Translations under genes and position numbers: made by a program
Part shown: positions 15,017-20,000 of the stretch, piece after piece
Layout of the letters: each line of letters begins with the position of its first letter
Numbering within the stretch: position 1 is the stretch's first letter
Notes under the pieces: model-generated
Told to the model about the DNA's origin: nothing
What the model saw: only the letters and a program-made list of their open reading frames with translations
Databases searched by the model: none
Source of the DNA: an uncultured virus (IMG/VR IMGVR_UViG_3300042564_000716)
Lineage: Duplodnaviria > Heunggongvirae > Uroviricota > Caudoviricetes
Strand: one strand, 5' to 3'
Length of the DNA stretch: 20,000 nt
IMG/VR virus record: IMGVR_UViG_3300042564_000716

Positions 15017-15922
15017 ATGAGCAATATGACACTTTTCAAATCCGGTTCCGCTGTTCCTGACTACCTGCGCGAAGCCGCAGACGCTACAACCAAAGACATC
15101 GCAGGCTCCTCTGGCGGCAAGCAAATCTCCATCAAGGGCGGCGTATGGCGCATGGTGGTCGGCGGTGAAGAGGTGGCCAAGAACGAAGATCGTTCCATGA
15201 ACGTGGTGGTGATCTCCGCCGGTAAGGGTGTGTCCCGTACGTTCTACGCTGACAAGTATGAAGAAGGCAAGGACGTCAAGCCTGCCTGCTGGTCGGCCGA
15301 AGGCGTAGTGCCCAACGAAGAAGTGCCAGAGCCACAGGGCAAGACCTGCGCTACGTGCCCACAGAACATTGAAGGCTCCGGCGATGGCAAGTCCCGCGCA
15401 TGCCGTTACAGCAAGCGTCTGGCCGTGGCTTTGGAAAACGATATCGGCGGCAACATCTACCGCCTGTCGGTTCCTGCCAAGTCGTATTTTGGCAAAGCTG
15501 ATGGCGACAAGATGCCCCTGCAAGCGTATGGCAAGTTCTTGTCTGGCCACGGTATCCCAATCACTGGCGTGGTGACCGAGGCTCGCTTCGACACTGCTGA
15601 GGCTGTGCCTGTGCTGAAGTTCCGCGCAGTGCGTCCGCTGACCCGTGAGGAGTGGGAGTTGGCCAAGGCACAGAGCCAGACTGAAGACGCTATGCAAGCA
15701 GTCGAGTTCAAGATGGTGCCAAGCAGGAAGGAAAGCCAACCTGCGTTACCCGCAGCGTTCAAGGAAGCAGAAGTGCCCGCCAAAGCTGCTGTCGAGAAAG
15801 TGGAAGCCGAAGAGGTCGCTGAGCCTACGAAGCGCCCATCCAAGGCAAAAGCTGAAGCTGCGCCCGCCCCTGCAAAGAACGTGGCTGACATCTTGAACGA
15901 CTGGTCGACCGACGATGAGTGA
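15017..15922 (+). CDS. Putative ssDNA-binding protein
   Basis: Beta-rich core with Cys ligands (CWS, CATCPQN, ACR), an Ala/Pro/Lys linker and an acidic aromatic tail WSTDDE. AAGGA RBS and replication context. Confidence 0.65.
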   Translation: MSNMTLFKSGSAVPDYLREAADATTKDIAGSSGGKQISIKGGVWRMVVGGEEVAKNEDRSMNVVVISAGKGVSRTFYADKYEEGKDVKPACWSAEGVVPNEEVPEPQGKTCATCPQNIEGSGDGKSRACRYSKRLAVALENDIGGNIYRLSVPAKSYFGKADGDKMPLQAYGKFLSGHGIPITGVVTEARFDTAEAVPVLKFRAVRPLTREEWELAKAQSQTEDAMQAVEFKMVPSRKESQPALPAAFKEAEVPAKAAVEKVEAEEVAEPTKRPSKAKAEAAPAPAKNVADILNDWSTDDE

Positions 15923-16163
15923 CCGCACCCGAGGGTACGACTCCCTGTTCATTCGTCGAATTGAAGACGCCGACCAGAAGCCCGCTGTCATGCGGCTGGC
16001 TGATGCGTGCATCGAGAAAAACGTGGCGGTGCCGGAAGTGGCTGCCATGTTCGGTGTGTCGCGCGCGACTGTCTACAACTGGCTGACTGGACGGACTACG
16101 CCCAACCCTCGGTATATGGCGCTCATCCCTAAGATTACTGCCCGCTTGCTCAAGCGTAAGTGA
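15915..16163 (+). CDS. Cro-like helix-turn-helix protein
   Basis: HTH signature VPEVAAMFGVSRATVYNWLTG. Confidence 0.85.
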   Translation: MSDRTRGYDSLFIRRIEDADQKPAVMRLADACIEKNVAVPEVAAMFGVSRATVYNWLTGRTTPNPRYMALIPKITARLLKRK

Positions 16164-16175
16164 TCGCGCCCAGTG

Positions 16176-16207
16176 GGGGCGGCAGGACAACCTGCCGCCC
16201 CTTTTTT
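16176..16207 (+). terminator. Rho-independent terminator
   Basis: 11-bp stem GGGGCGGCAGG, ACAA loop, CCTGCCGCCCC, followed by T6. Confidence 0.9.
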
Positions 16208-16230
16208 GTTCCAGTTACCCGTGAGGTTAT

Positions 16231-19065
16231 GTGACTGACTTTCTCAACTCCGTTCTGCCCGCTCAGGGCGTTTATTGCACGGTGGGGATACGGGCAGGTG
16301 TAGTCAAGCAATCGTTCCAAACAACGGTTGACGACGTAGATGCAGTGGGTGTTGGCATGAACTCCAACGGCGTTGATGCGTATTTCGCATTGGCCTCGTA
16401 CAAGGATGATTCAGCTCGTACCGTAGACAACGCCGCGTACCTACGTGCGTTCTTTCTTGATCTTGACTGCGGCACGGGCAAGCCGTATGTAGATCAACCT
16501 GCCGCTGCACAAGCACTCTCCATATTCATTACCGACACTGGGCTGCCAAGCCCTACCGTGGTCAATTCAGGCGGTGGCCTGCACGTCTACTGGCCGCTGA
16601 CGGCCGACGTACCCACGACTGTGTGGATACCCCACGCTCGATCACTCAAGCGCCTGTGTGCGCAGCACAACTTACATGCCGACCCCGCAGTCACTGCGGA
16701 CGCTGCGCGTATCTTGCGCACCCCGGGCACCCACAACTTCAAGGGCGGGCAGTCCCGCCCCGTTCAGATCATTGCACAAGGTCAGCCGACTGATCTTGCC
16801 GTGTTCACCGCGTGCCTGCCCCCGGCCCCTGTTGACTTGTCTGCAGCCAAGCAGTTCGGGCTGGATGACACCTCCCGTGAGATGTCCGGTGGGGACTTCC
16901 CCCCATGCTCGTTTCAGCGCATCGCCTCCCGCAGTCTCAAGGACAAGGGCTGTGCCCAGATCAAACACGCACTGGTCGACGCCGCTGTACTGGCCGAGCC
17001 GTTGTGGCGTGGCATGCTGTCGATCGCTATCCGGTGCGAAGACGGTGCTACAGCCATCCACACTGCGTCCAAGGCGCACCCCGGATACACCGCTGCCAAC
17101 ACGGAAGCCAAAGCGGCGGAAACCAAGGGCCCGTACACTTGCCAGTGGTACAAGGACAACAACGGCAGTTTGTGCAAAGGCTGCACTCAGACCGTATCCA
17201 CTCCCTTGCTGATTGGCAAGACCGTGGTGGCTGCCGAAGTAACTGACGATGCCTATGTGGTTGTGAAGGACGCGGACGATGAGGCCCCGGCTGTGGCTAT
17301 CTCCATCCCGGCATATCCGTTCCCCTACTTTCGTGGTGCCAACGGCGGGGTATTCCGCAAGGACCGGGACAAAGACGGAGAAGAGGTTGAGGTTGAGATA
17401 TACCCAGACGACCTCTACTTAACAGAACGCTTTTTTGATTCAGACGACCACGGCAGTGGCGACGGTGAGATGGTGGGTATCAACCTGCACATGCGCAAAG
17501 ACGGCGTGCGCCGGTTCTTCGCCCCTGTCACAACGCTGTTCTCCACGGAGAAGCTGCGTGACTTGCTGGTGCGCAACGGGGTCGTCGCCTATGGTAAAAA
17601 ATTGGAGCAACTCATGGCTTACTTCGCCTCTGCAATTCGCAAGCTGCAGTCGCAGTACGCAGCAAACCGCACCCGCAATCAGATGGGGTGGACCCCTGAC
17701 CTGCTGGGCTTCGTTGTCGGTGAGATCGAGTACACCGCGTCTGGCGCAAAGCTTGCACCCCCTGCCAGCGGCACCCGGCAACTGGCCGCTGCGTTCAAAC
17801 CCACGGGCTCACTGGACGAGTGGAAGAAGATCGCCAACTTCTACGATCGCCCGGGGCTGGAGCCACATGCGCTGTCGTTGTTCTTCGGGTTCGGCTCGCC
17901 GCTCCTGCGGTTGATCGAGGGCAACGTGGTCAAGGGGGCTATGGTTCACCTGAAGCACAACGGGTCAGGCTCCGGCAAGTCAACTGCGCAGATGGTGGCC
18001 AACTCGATCTTTGGACACCCTGACGATCTGCTGATGAAGAAGGAAGACACGTATGCTGCCAAGATGCACATGCTCGGCATGGTCAACAGCTTGGTCTTCA
18101 CGGTCGATGAGATCACCAACGAGAAAGCTGAAGTCCTGTCTGACATGGCCTACGGGTTCACATCCGGCCGGGGCAAGCACCGCATGGAGTCGCAGAGCAA
18201 CAAGATGCGCGTCAACCACACGACGTGGTGCAACATCACCCTGACATCCGGCAACGCTTCAGCCACGGACGTCCTGCAGCAATACAAGAGCACTGCAGAG
18301 GGGGAGTTGCGCCGCGTGTTGGAAATCTCCGTGCCCAAGTACACAGGTGCCACGAAGCAAGAGATCGACGCTGTGTTTGGCAAGCTCAACACCAACTACG
18401 GCCTTGCTGGGCCCCTCTACATTGAGTACGTCCTGAAGAACATGGCGCAGGTGCGCAAGCTGCTGGTCAACATGCAAAACAAGATTGACGAAGAACTGCA
18501 GCTCGATCAGGCCGATCGGTTCCACTCCTCTATTCTTACCTGTGCGTTTGTCGGAGCCTTGATCGCTGCACGGCTGGGCCTGCACTCCATTGAGACCTCA
18601 CGCATCTACCAGTACGCGCTGAACGTGGTCAGGGACAGCAGGTCAGCTACCAAGGCAGACGTTGGCGACCCCACACTGATTGCACAGGAAACACTGGCGG
18701 CGTTCATAAACGAGAACGTGAACAACGCGCTTGTCGCGCCCACCGTGAATAGCGCGGGTCTGCCCGAGCGCCCGGCAATAGCTCCAAAAGGCCCGTTGCG
18801 CATGCGCTACGATCCAGTCACACGGGAGCTGGCCGTGTCCGTTGCGGAGTTCCGCAAGTTCTTCTCTCTGCGGCAAGTGGATGTGCGCGACAGCTTGGTA
18901 AGGCTCACGCAGGCCAAGTATCTCAAGCACGATGGGCGCTCGCATCCAGTGCGTATTGGTGCCGGTGCCGTGGGCGGCTTGAGCGGCATTGCGATTCGTT
19001 GCTACGTATTTGATGGGGACGCCATCGGTGTCGACGAAACAGCGTTCATTACCCCCGAGGTCTGA
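16231..19065 (+). CDS. Primase-helicase fusion: AEP/RepB-like primase, Cys-rich linker, DUF927-associated helicase
   Basis: FFLDLD, SGGGLHVYW and RILRTPGT (AEP motifs). C...CKGC. GSGSGKST Walker A and VDE Walker B. GAGG RBS before the GTG. Confidence 0.85.
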   Translation: MTDFLNSVLPAQGVYCTVGIRAGVVKQSFQTTVDDVDAVGVGMNSNGVDAYFALASYKDDSARTVDNAAYLRAFFLDLDCGTGKPYVDQPAAAQALSIFITDTGLPSPTVVNSGGGLHVYWPLTADVPTTVWIPHARSLKRLCAQHNLHADPAVTADAARILRTPGTHNFKGGQSRPVQIIAQGQPTDLAVFTACLPPAPVDLSAAKQFGLDDTSREMSGGDFPPCSFQRIASRSLKDKGCAQIKHALVDAAVLAEPLWRGMLSIAIRCEDGATAIHTASKAHPGYTAANTEAKAAETKGPYTCQWYKDNNGSLCKGCTQTVSTPLLIGKTVVAAEVTDDAYVVVKDADDEAPAVAISIPAYPFPYFRGANGGVFRKDRDKDGEEVEVEIYPDDLYLTERFFDSDDHGSGDGEMVGINLHMRKDGVRRFFAPVTTLFSTEKLRDLLVRNGVVAYGKKLEQLMAYFASAIRKLQSQYAANRTRNQMGWTPDLLGFVVGEIEYTASGAKLAPPASGTRQLAAAFKPTGSLDEWKKIANFYDRPGLEPHALSLFFGFGSPLLRLIEGNVVKGAMVHLKHNGSGSGKSTAQMVANSIFGHPDDLLMKKEDTYAAKMHMLGMVNSLVFTVDEITNEKAEVLSDMAYGFTSGRGKHRMESQSNKMRVNHTTWCNITLTSGNASATDVLQQYKSTAEGELRRVLEISVPKYTGATKQEIDAVFGKLNTNYGLAGPLYIEYVLKNMAQVRKLLVNMQNKIDEELQLDQADRFHSSILTCAFVGALIAARLGLHSIETSRIYQYALNVVRDSRSATKADVGDPTLIAQETLAAFINENVNNALVAPTVNSAGLPERPAIAPKGPLRMRYDPVTRELAVSVAEFRKFFSLRQVDVRDSLVRLTQAKYLKHDGRSHPVRIGAGAVGGLSGIAIRCYVFDGDAIGVDETAFITPEV

Positions 19066-19276
19066 GATACGGCAGTTCACCCTTCACGGGGTGGACTACT
19101 TCATCCAGTGGGAACACCTGTCGATCGGGGCGTCGTTCTTCCTACCCACCACGGCCACCAAAACCCAAGCCCATTACGCCCTGCGGCCGTACGCCCAATA
19201 TCTGGGAATACAACTGCAGGTGCGCAACCGGTGTGAGTACGGACGCTACGGCGTCCGCGTGTGGCGCGTTTACTGA
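19028..19276 (+). CDS. Small conserved phage protein (...GASFFLP...GVRVWR); start uncertain (19013 or 19028)
   Basis: Recognisable motif pattern. Overlaps the primase 3' end. Confidence 0.6.
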   Translation: MSTKQRSLPPRSEIRQFTLHGVDYFIQWEHLSIGASFFLPTTATKTQAHYALRPYAQYLGIQLQVRNRCEYGRYGVRVWRVY

Positions 19277-19998
19277 CGGATCGAGGTCTTGGCCTCGCGC
19301 ACCCAGCCGGTCAACTCGACTTCCATCTGCTTGATTTCCTTGAGTTCGGCTTCGCGCTCGGCAGCAGGCATATCCGCAGCAGCGTCTTTGCTGTTGAGGA
19401 ACTTGCGATACGCCCGGGTGCGCTCAAGTTGCTCCAGCGTCGAGTTGATCGCCGACTCCATCATCAGCACGTCTGCGTTCTTCTCCGCATACTCGACGGC
19501 CCGGTCAAGGTCGGTCTTCATCAGTTCAGACAGCGTGGCGTTGGCGCGGCCAACCTTCTCCCGCTCGTCGTAGAACTCAGTCATGCGGCGTGTGCCCACG
19601 GGGTCGTACAGGTAGTTGCTCAGGAGCGCGTACTTGTGCAGGGGGCGGTCAACTCGCGTTGGGTTCAGCAGGCTGTCAGTCATGGCCACCAGCAATCCGG
19701 CAGTTGAACCGAAGTACCCGCTCAACGCGTTGTCCACCAAGATGGGCGAGATTTTGTCCACACCCACTACGTCACGGCTGAATGCAGAGATGGCGATGGC
19801 CAACTCCGATGTGTTCGATGCCCGGCGCATGCTGGGGTCCTGCTGCTTTTGATAGATGCCTTCCAGCTCGCGCCCTGTGAAGAACGAGTAGTTGGTCCAT
19901 GCTTCCAACAAAGGTTTGGCAGCTTGCGGGATAGGCACCACACGGCCGACGTACTGCTCGAAGATGTAGGACAAAGCTGTGCGGGTTGCCTCCCATGC
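19270..19998 (-). CDS. C-terminus of a large polyvalent or virion-ejected protein with an LPD38-like domain (extends beyond window)
   Basis: The frame stays open past TTG 19974 to the window edge. PLLEAWTNYSFFTGREL, TSELA and SPILVDNALSGYFG resemble LPD38. Confidence 0.65.
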   Translation of the reverse strand, partial: AWEATRTALSYIFEQYVGRVVPIPQAAKPLLEAWTNYSFFTGRELEGIYQKQQDPSMRRASNTSELAIAISAFSRDVVGVDKISPILVDNALSGYFGSTAGLLVAMTDSLLNPTRVDRPLHKYALLSNYLYDPVGTRRMTEFYDEREKVGRANATLSELMKTDLDRAVEYAEKNADVLMMESAINSTLEQLERTRAYRKFLNSKDAAADMPAAEREAELKEIKQMEVELTGWVREAKTSIRQ

Positions 19999-20000
19999 CT

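Noticed and set aside
170..18989. Long minus-strand ORFs (e.g. 13259-14329, 14942-15739, 7196-7828)
   Set aside because: These are antisense shadows of well-supported GC-rich + strand genes, with no motifs or RBS.

Overview
A 20 kb stretch of a tailed dsDNA phage or prophage genome, GC-rich by eye. A proteobacterial host is a guess only. Positions 1-~9,000 (+) hold an early/accessory region: a 5'-truncated MoxR-type AAA+ ATPase, a HExxH-metallopeptidase/VWA protein, two very acidic proteins, a DUF3150-like protein, a winged-helix protein and a chain of small translationally coupled ORFs. Positions ~8,800-19,276 (+) hold the replication module: DUF3310, VRR-NUC nuclease, family A DNA polymerase (Leu762 type), Cas4-like PD-(D/E)XK exonuclease, HNH, SNF2 helicase, putative SSB, HTH and an AEP-primase/DUF927-helicase fusion. 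The window ends in the convergent C-terminus of a large LPD38-like protein (-). The most striking unexplained signal is an AT-rich pseudo-palindrome, AACTTTTAA-(GG/CC)-TTAAAA. It sits exactly on six stop/start gene junctions (970, 1187, 1756, 2991, 4502, 5885) and once inside a gene (9287), in both orientations. Two copies form an exact 36-bp direct repeat that brackets a single gene like an excisable cassette. A wHTH gene directly after the last junction copy is a candidate binding protein. All family assignments come from motif recognition by eye, not database searches.
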